A model generated the notes under the pieces. That model did not search any database. It had not been told where the DNA came from and saw only the letters and a list, made by a program, of their open reading frames with translations. A stretch of DNA of 63,821 nt, counting the filler, from Octopus bimaculoides (lineage: Eukaryota), in the NCBI RefSeq assembly GCF_001194135.2. It is 8 parts of 8 records of this genome, joined end to end, with 100 filler letters (N's around TTAATTAATTAA, not from the genome) between each part and the next. Parts side by side here need not be neighbours in the genome. Positions count along the whole stretch, not along the records: positions 7,368 to 14,154 come from NC_068991.1; positions 14,255 to 21,334 come from NC_069006.1; positions 21,435 to 27,288 come from NC_068985.1; 5 more parts are not named here. One strand, written 5' to 3'. A program made the position numbers and the translations under genes. Every line of letters begins with the position of its first letter. Positions within the stretch are counted from its first letter, which is position 1. This document shows, in pieces, positions 13,431 to 24,510 of the stretch.

Positions 13431-13534
13431 TTGTATTACACGTGTATAAGGGATGACCACTAGGTGGACAATGACCTCTTTCTAGCATATTGGATGTCCA
13501 CCTAGTAGTCATCCCTTATACACGTGTAATACAA
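13431..13534. repeat. Inverted repeat, 40-bp arms (39/40), 24-nt spacer
   Basis: 13431-13470 is the reverse complement of 13495-13534 with one mismatch. Confidence 0.95.
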
Positions 13535-13860
13535 TACAAAAAGTGGGTGGCGACAAGTTGGCCTGACATACGTAGCATTATGCTTCTGATGTATTCACGA
13601 AAGCGATCCCCAAGGCGTCGCCATGTTTCTCCAATGTAAAGAGCACCGCAGAATTTGCATATGATGCAATATATGAGATTCTCCGAAGTGCAACAGAAGT
13701 GCAGTGTAATGTGATATTGCTTCTTGGGCCGCGTGATCGTGGTAATATTGTTGATGAAGGGGCATGTGTTACATCGTCGGCGAGAACATTTCAAGGTTCC
13801 TGGTTGTGCGGAGCTGGGAGTTGTGAGGCTTCTAACAAGAAGGTTTCTAAGACTCATATC
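13535..13860 (-). mobile_element. Penelope-like element fragment: GIY-YIG endonuclease domain
   Basis: ORF 13516-13857: PGTLKCSRRRCNTCPFI...FCCTSENLIYCIICKFCGALYIGETWRRLGDRFREYIRSI...VATHF. This is the Cys-rich linker plus LIY...YIG motif typical of PLE endonucleases. Confidence 0.9.
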
Positions 13861-14318
13861 TTTTTTGCAGTTGAGTGACCTGGGGCAAATTGAAATGAAG
13901 TGTTTTGCTCAAGAATCGAAAGTAAAATCTCGCAATCGTGAGTGCTACACCGCAATCGTGAGTGCGCCCTTTCACTGTATGCATATATTTGTGTGTATAT
14001 GTACATACATAATATGTGTGTGTGTGTATATAATTATATATATATATAATTGTATGTGTTAGCGTATATATGCATGTATTATATATGATTATATATTTTA
14101 TAAACATGTGTTTGTATTTATATGTATATAAATTTAAATATATATATATATATANNNNNNNNNNNNNNNNNNNNNNNNNNNNNNNNNNNNNNNNNNNNTT
14201 AATTAATTAANNNNNNNNNNNNNNNNNNNNNNNNNNNNNNNNNNNNNNNNNNNNTGCGTACACACACATATATATATATGCATGTATATGTATACATATG
14301 CATACATATCTATATGTG

Positions 14319-14380
<62 letters not shown>

Positions 14381-14702
14381 CATGCATATATATGTATACA
14401 TATAGATATACGCATATATATGCATATATATATATATATATATATACACACATGATTATTAATAAAGATCCTATATAGTATATACTCATGTTTTGACTTC
14501 TATTTTACTTTTTACATCACCAAACGTACATATATAAATATATATACCTATATATTATATATACACATATACGTACATATATATATATACACACACACAC
14601 ATACATACACATGTATACTCACACGTGCCTTACAAACATGTATTGGCATAGTCAGATGTGTACACATTTACGAAGTTGCATACACATGCATCCACATTCA
14701 TG

Positions 14703-14765
<63 letters not shown>

Positions 14766-15157
14766 NNNNNNNNNNNNNNNNNNNNNNNNNNNNNNNNNNN
14801 NNNNNNNNNNNNNNNNNNNNNNNNNNNNNNNNNNNNNNNNNNNNNNNNNNNNNNNNNNNNNNNNNNNNNNNNNNNNNNNNNNNNNNNNNNNNNNNNNNNN
14901 NNNNNNNNNNNNNNNNNNNNNNNNNNNNNNNNNNNNNNNNNNNNNNNNNNNNNNNNNNNNNNNNNNNNNNNNNNNNNNNNNNNNNNNNNNNNNNNNNNNN
15001 NNNNNNNNNNNNNNNNNNNNNNNNNNNNNNNNNCAGAAACAAAATGAACAACAACAACTATAATGAATTGAAATAAGGATAAAAATGAACGTTTTTAAAA
15101 AAAATAATTTTTTTTCCATGTTTCCATCATTTTAAGTAATTGGAAAAGAATAAGAAG

Positions 15158-15192
<35 letters not shown>

Positions 15193-15969
15193 TCTGCCAT
15201 AAATAGATGTTGAATATTTTTGAGTGTATACATGGGTGTATGTGTGTGAGTGCATGTGTGTGTGTATAGAGACACATATTCATATACATATGTAACTCAT
15301 GCATACACGTATATATATATGAAATCATATATACACACGTATATCATTGCAAATAGATATAATATATAAAAAGAAACACTCATGTACGTAGACGTATGTA
15401 TATGCAGATTTACATGTATGCGTGTGCGTATACATATATACACATACATACATATATGTACTTGTGTGCGTATACATATATGTACATATACATATGTACG
15501 TGTGTGTATGTGCAAATATGCATAAGAATGCGGTGGGGGGGGGATAGTCGGCGAAGTCCTTAATCTATCAAATGGGATGATTCGCAGTAATCCTCCCTGG
15601 TGGCCTGAGTTCAAATCCTGCCGAGGTCGATAAATAAAGTACCGATCCCATATTGTCGTAGATCCTTGTCTTTCTATAACACCTTCGTTTTGCCTGTGTC
15701 TATACTTCTTCAAAGACAAAACTACTGTGGTCAAATCTGGAAACAGACCAGCCTCACGATGTCCAAAAAAAAAAGAAAAAAAAGTCTTAGACTCGATGGT
15801 GCCTTTGTTATTCCTTCAAGCAGCCAATGACTGGTCTGTGTGTGTGTGTGTCTTCGTGTATATGTATGTATGTGCCTTCTGAACGAATATGATAGACGTA
15901 AACTATGGCCATAATCTATCTATCTTCCCCATCCATCTATCTACTAATCCATTCATCCATCCATGTTTT

Positions 15970-16160
15970 TGCGCATGCGTTTGTCTTCCGCCACATCGCT
16001 TGACAACCGATGTTGGTGGGTTTACGTCTCCGTAAGTCAGCAGTTCGGCCTCAGACACGGATAAAATAAGTTCCAAAACTTAAAAACACTAAGTACCGGG
16101 GGTTCATTTGTTCGATAAAAATCCCTTGAAGTTGTATCCCAGCAAGGTCACAATCATTAA
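15970..16160 (+). mobile_element. SINE family B, 3' half (diverged)
   Basis: GCGTTTGTCTTCCGCCACATCGCTTGACAACCGATGTTGGTGGGTTTACGT...GATAAAATAAG matches 57395-57480. Confidence 0.65.
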
Positions 16161-16191
16161 AAGATAAAAACTACGTATATACAAGTATGTA

Positions 16192-16274
<83 letters not shown>

Positions 16275-16847
16275 CATATTCTCCTTTTCGCTTTGACAAA
16301 GTTGAAAAATCGGCCGGGAACGTGTATGCATGAATGAATAGATGCATGTATGTATGTATGTATGTATGTATACACACACACACACACATTCATGTGCATG
16401 CATGCAATAACGCTGTAGCCTTACACTGTTTCTCTGGCAATCAATCAATCACGGAATTATTCATGTAAGGAGAGGAGGCGGAGGAGGAGGAGGGGGAGAA
16501 AGAGGGGACTAAGATAAGGTAGTAAAGGTTTATGATGACAGCGATGATTGTGATGACGATGTTGACAACGGTTTTAATGACAGTGCAATCGAAGGGTTTG
16601 GCAGCGATGAAGACGATGATGATGATGAGGGTTGACGACGATGATGATGACGGTGGTGTTCGTGTTGACAATGACGATGATGATGGTAATGTGAGTGTGA
16701 TGACAGTGTCGATGATAATGGTGTTGTTGGTGTTTGTGAAAGTGTTTACAGTTCCGCTTGTCTAAATTTCCAATGTTATACAACACGTTCGTGTGACTCA
16801 ACAAACCTATTGATTTATGGTTATCACTCTCATAAAAGTAACGAGTA

Positions 16848-16942
16848 GTGGACCGGCATAATCGGTAGAGCGTCGGACTCAATGCCCTGCCTGTATTCAC
16901 CTACGTCCCTTTATGCTCCGTGTTCAAATCCGCCGAGGTCAG
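16848..16942 (+). mobile_element. Diverged tRNA-derived SINE head followed by (AAT)n
   Basis: GGCATAATCGGTAGAGCGTCGG (A-box-like) ... GTGTTCAAATCCGCCGAGGTC, the same B-box context as family A. A similar short piece lies at about 15596-15650. Confidence 0.55.
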
Positions 16943-17399
16943 GAATAATAATAATAATAATGCAACCGTGATCATCCTGTCATTTCCCTGCTCTCGGATC
17001 AGAATATCAAACACATACGCCCGGTTCTGTATGGTTGTTCATTGGATCCAAAGGGGCCATCTTCCTCATTTATAGATTCTTTGATCACTTCTTGTGATCA
17101 AACGATCCACAAATGATCCATGATATATAGTTTCAGTCCCAGACGAGATATGTGAATGTTTTCGCTGGAAAGACCCGCTATTATTTGTTTTTATATTTCC
17201 TTTGATATCGGCTACAGAGCAAATATCTGCCCGAACGGCAACCAGTCGCCTAGAGCAGGCATTGTAGAATAATATTATCGTTCAACACAGCCTCTGGAAA
17301 AGTTTTGAGAATATAGATTAGAAGGACAAAAACTTAATAAGATTGTGAGCAGTATTGTTCAGTCCTATTCTTCTTATACTAAGTTTTCTCATGACTTTT

Positions 17400-17590
17400 T
17401 TCAAAACCACTCACTATATTTTTTAAACACCCCCCGCCGGGATCAATTCGCAACAGGTATTGTTTCCATCTTCAAGCACCACATCCTGCTTATTTCAATT
17501 TCTAGGTCTTTATATTAGGCAAGTTTATCATATTCCTTGGCAGGTATATTTTTGTCAAGTGGCAATTGTCATTACCTATTAATGTAGCGT
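17400..17590 (-). mobile_element. R4/Dong-like non-LTR retroelement, REL endonuclease C-terminal fragment
   Basis: Minus strand reads DKNIPAKEYDKLA*YKDLEIEISRMWCLKMETIPV, matching the K..KY.DL..E..R.W motif also seen in the 35.9-38.7 kb element. Confidence 0.7.
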
Positions 17591-17596
17591 TTTATG

Positions 17597-17780
17597 AAGG
17601 CAGCCAGCTGACAGAATCATTAGCCCGCCGGACAAAATACTTAGCGGCAATTCTTCTGGCTTTACATTGTGCGTTCAAATTGTGCTGAAGTCGACTTTGG
17701 TTCTTTCATTTCAGGGTCGATAAAATATGTACCAGTTGAACACTGGGGCTGATATAATCGACTTACACCATTTCCCAAAT
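17597..17780 (+). mobile_element. tRNA-derived SINE, family A (diverged)
   Basis: GGCAGCCAGCTGACAGAATCATTAGC...CTTAGCGGC...GTTCAAATT...GTCGACTTT...GGGTCGATAAAATATGTACCAG, homologous to 6989-7130. Confidence 0.8.
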
Positions 17781-18348
17781 TACACACAAACTTTTATNNN
17801 NNNNNNNNNNNNNNNNNNNNNNNNNNNNNNNNNNNNNNNNNNNNNNNNNNNNNNNNNNNNNNNNNNNNNNNNNNNNNNNNNNNNNNNNNNNNNNNNNNNN
17901 NNNNNNNNNNNNNNNNNNNNNNNNNNNNNNNNNNNNNNNNNNNNNNNNNNNNNNNNNNNNNNNNNNNNNNNNNNNNNNNNNNNNGAAATATCATGAATGT
18001 TCAAAATATTTATTAAAAGAATATTTATAAATATGCATGATTTCTAAGTTGTATAAAAATATGACAAATTAAAGTTAAAACCTTACGATGTGTAAACATA
18101 CATTATGATATAACATATAATGGGTAAATATATACGGTATGATGAAGTTATAAATTTACATGTATTATATTAATATATATATAGTAGTAGTTGGTTGCTT
18201 CTCGTGTTTCCGAGCTTGCAATCCAGTTTATTTTCCTGGGTGTTTGAACCGCAGATGGCTCCGCAATCCAAGGGTTGCATGAAACATACGGGGACATTGT
18301 GGACAAGGGATAGAAGGGGTTGGTTTGGGAAGGAGAAGGCGCTGCTTG

Positions 18349-18380
<32 letters not shown>

Positions 18381-18768
18381 CATACACACACACACACACA
18401 AACTCTCGTACTTACTCATATACTTATGTATATAAGTATAAAAGTATTGAACATTTATAGCTGGTACACAAATTATCTCTACATCGAACTAATGCATAAA
18501 TACATACATATATATATACACACACACATACATATGTACACAATTATGCATAGACACAAATAAACAGCTCTAATATATACAAAGACATGTTTGTACAAAT
18601 CGATACGTCTATATATATATATATTCTCTGTTGTTTTGATCTCCATGAAAAGACGAAAGACTCAGTTTTTCAGCCATTAGTATTTACACACACACACACA
18701 CACACGTATACATGTATATTATATGCCTATTTTCAATTTTGCGTGTCTGTTTCTTACTGAATTGAGTG

Positions 18769-18829
<61 letters not shown>

Positions 18830-18852
18830 CATACACACATATATGTATATAC

Positions 18853-18885
<33 letters not shown>

Positions 18886-19101
18886 CATACACACATACAT
18901 GCATATATATATATACATATTTGTACACATATACATGCATATATATATATATACACATATATACATAATACACACATACATATATACATACATACCACAC
19001 ACACATATATATACATACATACCATATATATACATAATACACACACACACACACACACATATATATACATACTATATATATATATATATATCATATATAC
19101 A

Positions 19102-19139
<38 letters not shown>

Positions 19140-19491
19140 CACACACACACGAGTGTTCATGAGTATGTCGTTCTCAATAGCACTGTATAGTCTGTGCCAT
19201 TCTCTATTGATATATATCTCATCTACTTCTCGTCAATGCTTTCCCCCCTCTCTCCCCCCCCACCCGACTTCTCATGTTTAATATACATACACACGTATGC
19301 AGATGCATACTCATACGGCTGGCCGCTAGCATATAAGTCTGTCCATCACTTGCTTCAGCGTCTAGTACATCTATCAATTTATCTCGTCGTTTTGTGTCTC
19401 TCAACCTACTTAGAATTATCACGAGATTATCACGAACTTTAATGATACAGGACTATTTTCACAAGGCTGAACACAGGAAATAGCATGCCTT

Positions 19492-19539
<48 letters not shown>

Positions 19540-19814
19540 TATTTTGATATATATATATATATATATATATATAGTGTATGAGAGACATTGGAGTCAAGAA
19601 GACCCAAAGGTGTCAGGTAACGCTGAGTAAGTGCTATGGACAGACCATAGTCAAGCTCCAGGTTCGATAATGGTACGAATGAGGAGTCCAACGTGGGTCG
19701 TGTATTAGAATGCATATATATAATAATTAACATCATTGGAACTCATACACAAGGTACAGGAAACTTATATATACACCATTCTGCTTAAATAATGGAGTGG
19801 ACGGGAGCAACGTG

Positions 19815-19915
19815 AAGTGAAGTGTTTTGCTCAAGAAGACAATGTCGAGGAATTGAATTGAAACCACAATCTTACGTTCGTGAGTACAACACCCTAACTA
19901 CTAAGCCACGCGCCT
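19815..19915 (-). mobile_element. tRNA-derived SINE head fragment
   Basis: Reverse complement has GGCGCGTGGCTTAGTAGTTAGGGTGTT (A-box), GGTTTCAATTCAATTCC (B-box-like) and CTTGAGCAAAACACTTCA. A related remnant lies at about 13888-13975. Confidence 0.6.
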
Positions 19916-19949
<34 letters not shown>

Positions 19950-20577
19950 ACACACACACTTATATATATTTACAAACATAGGTGTGTGTGTGAGTGGATC
20001 TGTGTATCATTTCAGTGAGTTATTATTTATCGCTTTATCGCGTGGGTCTTTTCTTCATCATCAACCTCTCCTTACATGCCAGCTACCCCGCCATCCCACC
20101 GCATCACCAAACACTTTCCTGTAACACTTCATTAAGTTTTCCTTTGATGACTACCCAGCATAATAATAATAATCATGATAATAATAATAATTATAATCTA
20201 ACACAAAAGCAAAAACGAACATATAAAAGGTTTAAAAAAATTGAAGGAAAAAAAAAAAAAGCACGAAGAAAAATTTCGTCTGCCTACTGGGAGTGAACCG
20301 GGACTGATGCCCTTCCAGAAATAAGCAAAACAGTACTTCCGTGGCCCCTGTTTCCCACGCCCCTTTATAACGAAAACCCTTTACGATCAAATTGATAAGA
20401 AAGTTTTTATGATTTTGTAGCGTTTAATATAAGTAACGTAATGTAGACCGGCGTGTCCTCTTGCTAAAATCTCATCTCTTTCTCTCTCTCTCTCACACAC
20501 ACACACACATACGTATGTGTGTGTGAGTGTACACATATGTACGTACGTATATGTATATAAAGCATATATCTCATGTA

Positions 20578-20614
<37 letters not shown>

Positions 20615-20829
20615 AACATACATACATATATACTATATTTGCAAAACAAGGTGGGGGAAAATAGTACTGGAATACCAAAGGCAGAGTTAAATATATATAT
20701 ATTGAAGCTCAAAAGACTTCGTTAGACAGTGGTGAGTGCTCGGTACAATGCAATAGCTTACACACAAGTAATCTTTAACGTTTTATACTTGTATCAACCC
20801 CTGAATAGAGGTCAAGTTGGAGCATCACC

Positions 20830-21160
20830 GAAATATATATGACAGGCTTCCATACAGATTCCGAAGGGGTCGGTACCGAACTTATGGCATCGAGAATTAT
20901 ACAAACCCCAGAATAGGACCCTACTTCACATTTCCAAAGGTCAGTTGCTGCATTTAGCTGGGTTTCAAAGTTTCTGAGCTATTTAATATCTGGCTGGAAA
21001 AAAACCTAGGGATCTACATTGAGTGGGGTTAGATGCTTTCAAGAAGAATCTTGACCTTCTGCTGCCCATGATCGCAGATAAGCCAATATCACGGCAAGAT
21101 ATTCGAATGAGGGCAGCAATACTAAAGTCCCTCGTTTATCAAAAGGCAAACCCATGAGAA
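20830..21160 (+). mobile_element. Decayed CR1-clade LINE 3' fragment
   Basis: Remnant peptides LGFKVSELFNI and DAFKKNLDLLL.MIADKP...RMRAA resemble the FK..LD.FL..IPD.P C-terminus of CR1-like ORF2. Confidence 0.5.
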
Positions 21161-21459
21161 TTGGCATGGAAAGGATGAAAATGGCGGTGCCCCAACGTGG
21201 CCGCATACATTCACACACAGACACACACACACACACACATGCATGCACACACACACACACACACACATACATATACTGTATTATGTGTGCGTATGTCTAA
21301 ACGCACGCATGACGCACTAAGAGAAGGGTGAGAGNNNNNNNNNNNNNNNNNNNNNNNNNNNNNNNNNNNNNNNNNNNNTTAATTAATTAANNNNNNNNNN
21401 NNNNNNNNNNNNNNNNNNNNNNNNNNNNNNNNNNATATATATATTATATATGTATGTAT

Positions 21460-21642
21460 ATGGAGTGGGAATTTACAAAAAACAAAGACAGGTGTGTAAA
21501 CAACAAACAGATGTATTAGTTTAACGCTTGGGAAGTGAGAAAGCCTTTTATGTTTCGAGCCTATGCTCTTCGATAGAAAGGAACATAGAAATAAACAGGG
21601 AGAGAAAATAGAAAAAAGGTTTCATGGCTAGCGATCTATCAT
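21460..21642 (-). mobile_element. Solo 3'-terminal module of a Penelope-like element with hammerhead-like motif, inserted between microsatellites
   Basis: AACAAACAGATGTATTAGTTTAACGCTTGGGAA...TAGCGATCTATCATG (about 21500-21642) aligns with 39767-39911 at the PLE 3' end. Minus strand TTCCTTT-CTATCGA-A-GAGC-ATAG-GCTC-GAAAC-AT-A-AAAGG. Confidence 0.8.
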
Positions 21643-21644
21643 GT

Positions 21645-21686
<42 letters not shown>

Positions 21687-22080
21687 CCATATATATGTAT
21701 ATATATACATATATATGGATATATACATATATATGGATATATATATGTATATGTATGTGTATATATATATGTGTATATATGTATGTATATATATATATGT
21801 GTGTGTGTGTACATATATGTATGTATATATATATTTTTATTTATGTATATATTAATATTATCTTGGTTGAAAAACTTCGATAAAAATCTCACAGAAACTG
21901 GGATATTATACTTGTTTAAGGGTTAGAAATTCCATGTTAAAGTGATGTATTTTGAGTTGATATAAAGAATAATAATAAATGGAGCAAAACGCATATAATC
22001 AATAAGTTCCTTTAATCCCTACACATGTTTTAAAAATTATATGCACACTACTCCAAAGGAATAAGAGATGCTGGTTTATA

Positions 22081-22252
22081 CGTATAATTTTATCTTCAGG
22101 GAACCATTTTACAAATGTAAGATTTGTGCTAAATGCTAAGATTACGTACGAGGAATAACCTTATATCTTATATAGTGTTATTCCTCGTATGTAATCTTAG
22201 CATTCAGCACAAGACTTGCATTTGTAAAATGGTTCCCTGAAGATAAAATACG
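22081..22252. repeat. Palindromic element, 73-bp arms (68/73), 17-nt loop
   Basis: 22087-22159 is the reverse complement of 22177-22249 with 5 mismatches. Confidence 0.95.
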
Positions 22253-22272
22253 TGTGTGTGTGTGTATATATA

Positions 22273-22326
<54 letters not shown>

Positions 22327-22573
22327 TAATCATATGTGTATATATATATATGATTATATATATATGTATATATATATATATATATATGTGTATATATATA
22401 TATATAAATTTAGTAAATGGAGTAAAACACACATGTTAACTGAATACTTTTATTTCCAACATATGTTCTGAAGATTACAAATTATACCTTCCGTAGGAAT
22501 AGGTGATGAATAGGGAAATGCATGGGAACCAGCTTAATCGTAAGACATTTTAACCGAATAATAATATATATAC

Positions 22574-22640
22574 TCTTTTACTGATTTGTTTCAGTCATTT
22601 GACTGCAGCCATGCTGGAGCACTGCCTTCAGTTGAGCAAA
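22574..22640 (-). mobile_element. SINE family B, 3' tail
   Basis: Reverse complement GTGCTCCAGCATGGCTGCAGTCAAATGACTGAAACAAATCAGTAAAAGAG matches CCAGAATGGCCGCAATCTAATGACTGAAACAAATAAAAGA at about 57550-57590. Confidence 0.65.
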
Positions 22641-22736
22641 TCAGACACACGAATACATACGCACACACATACATACATATGTGTATATATATACATATAT
22701 ATATACATATATATATATATGTATATATATATATAT

Positions 22737-23041
22737 GTGTGGTGAGAATGGATGAGGATAGTTGTGTGAAAAAGTGCCACACCCTAGCGGTTGAGGGAAC
22801 CTGTGGAAGAGGCAGGCCCAGGAAGACCTGGGATGAGGTGGTGAAGTATGACCTCTGAACATTAGGCCTCACCAAGGCAATGACTTGTGACCGAGACCTT
22901 TGGAAATATGCTTTGCGTGAGAAGACCCGACAAGCCAAGTGAGACCAAAATCCAAGGCCTCTGCCAGGGATGTAGCCAGCCCACTTATGCGTACCTTTCC
23001 TTCATTGGACACTAAACTCCGCTTGCGAAGACCTGTTGAGG
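22737..23041 (+). mobile_element. 5'-truncated RTE LINE: ORF C-terminus and 3' UTR
   Basis: VVRMDEDSCVKKCHTLAVEGTCGRGRPRKTWDEVVKYDL*...DRDLWK carries the GRGRP.K.W...V..D and DR..W signatures of RTE ORF ends. Confidence 0.9.
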
Positions 23042-24190
23042 NNNNNNNNNNNNNNNNNNNNNNNNNNNNNNNNNNNNNNNNNNNNNNNNNNNNNNNNNNN
23101 NNNNNNNNNNNNNNNNNNNNNNNNNNNNNNNNNNNNNNNNNNNNNNNNNNNNNNNNNNNNNNNNNNNNNNNNNNNNNNNNNNNNNNNNNNNNNNNNNNNN
23201 NNNNNNNNNNNNNNNNNNNNNNNNNNNNNNNNNNNNNNNNNNNNNNNNNNNNNNNNNNNNNNNNNNNNNNNNNNNNNNNNNNNNNNNNNNNNNNNNNNNN
23301 NNNNNNNNNNNNNNNNNNNNNNNNNNNNNNNNNNNNNNNNNNNNNNNNNNNNNNNNNNNNNNNNNNNNNNNNNNNNNNNNNNNNNNNNNNNNNNNNNNNN
23401 NNNNNNNNNNNNNNNNNNNNNNNNNNNNNNNNNNNNNNNNNNNNNNNNNNNNNNNNNNNNNNNNNNNNNNNNNNNNNNNNNNNNNNNNNNNNNNNNNNNN
23501 NNNNNNNNNNNNNNNNNNNNNNNNNNNNNNNNNNNNNNNNNNNNNNNNNNNNNNNNNNNNNNNNNNNNNNNNNNNNNNNNNNNNNNNNNNNNNNNNNNNN
23601 NNNNNNNNNNNNNNNNNNNNNNNNNNNNNNNNNNNNNNNNNNNNNNNNNNNNNNNNNNNNNNNNNNNNNNNNNNNNNNNNNNNNNNNNNNNNNNNNNNNN
23701 NNNNNNNNNNNNNNNNNNNNNNNNNNNNNNNNNNNNNNNNNNNNNNNNNNNNNNNNNNNNNNNNNNNNNNNNNNNNNNNNNNNNNNNNNNNNNNNNNNNN
23801 NNNNNNNNNNNNNNNNNNNNNNNNNNNNNNNNNNNNNNNNNNNNNNNNNNNNNNNNNNNNNNNNNNNNNNNNNNNNNNNNNNNNNNNNNNNNNNNNNNNN
23901 NNNNNNNNNNNNNNNNNNNNNNNNNNNNNNNNNNNNNNNNNNNNNNNNNNNNNNNNNNNNNNNNNNNNNNNNNNNNNNNNNNNNNNNNNNNNNNNNNNNN
24001 NNNNNNNNNNNNNNNNNNNNNNNNNNTTGTTTATTATCTATCTATTTCTTTCCATGTAAACATCACTCGATCTCTGTTTTGTCTTAAATTCATGCTTATT
24101 TATTTTTCTTTATATTATTCAAGTTTATCGCTCCTTAAATCTGTCTAAACTTTGTCTCTCTCCCTTTAAAATTACGATTTAAGCATTTGC

Positions 24191-24249
24191 TGTCTCATTC
24201 AATCAATTAGGTTACCGTAAATCGGTAACATAATTGATTGAATGAGACA
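24191..24249. repeat. 59-nt near-perfect hairpin (19 bp, one mismatch, 7 bp, 5-nt loop)
   Basis: TGTCTCATTCAATCAATTA-G-GTTACCG-TAAAT-CGGTAAC-A-TAATTGATTGAATGAGACA. Confidence 0.95.
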
Positions 24250-24510
24250 TTTAAACTCATGATTAAGCACTGCTGTCTCATTCAATTTTGTTCCAAAAAC
24301 CCAAAGAATATATTCCCGTGTGATGTACTATTTTGCCTGTCCCTCCTTATCTCTCTCTCTGCCTCACTCTTTCTTTCTCCCCCCTCTCTCTCTTCGATTT
24401 CTACATGACCCTAACTCTATATAAACCAGTTCAATTTCCCACTTTCTCCTAATCGTCTTCAAATCTCTCTGCTGACAGAATTACGACGAAGCTCTCTTGG
24501 CNNNNNNNNN

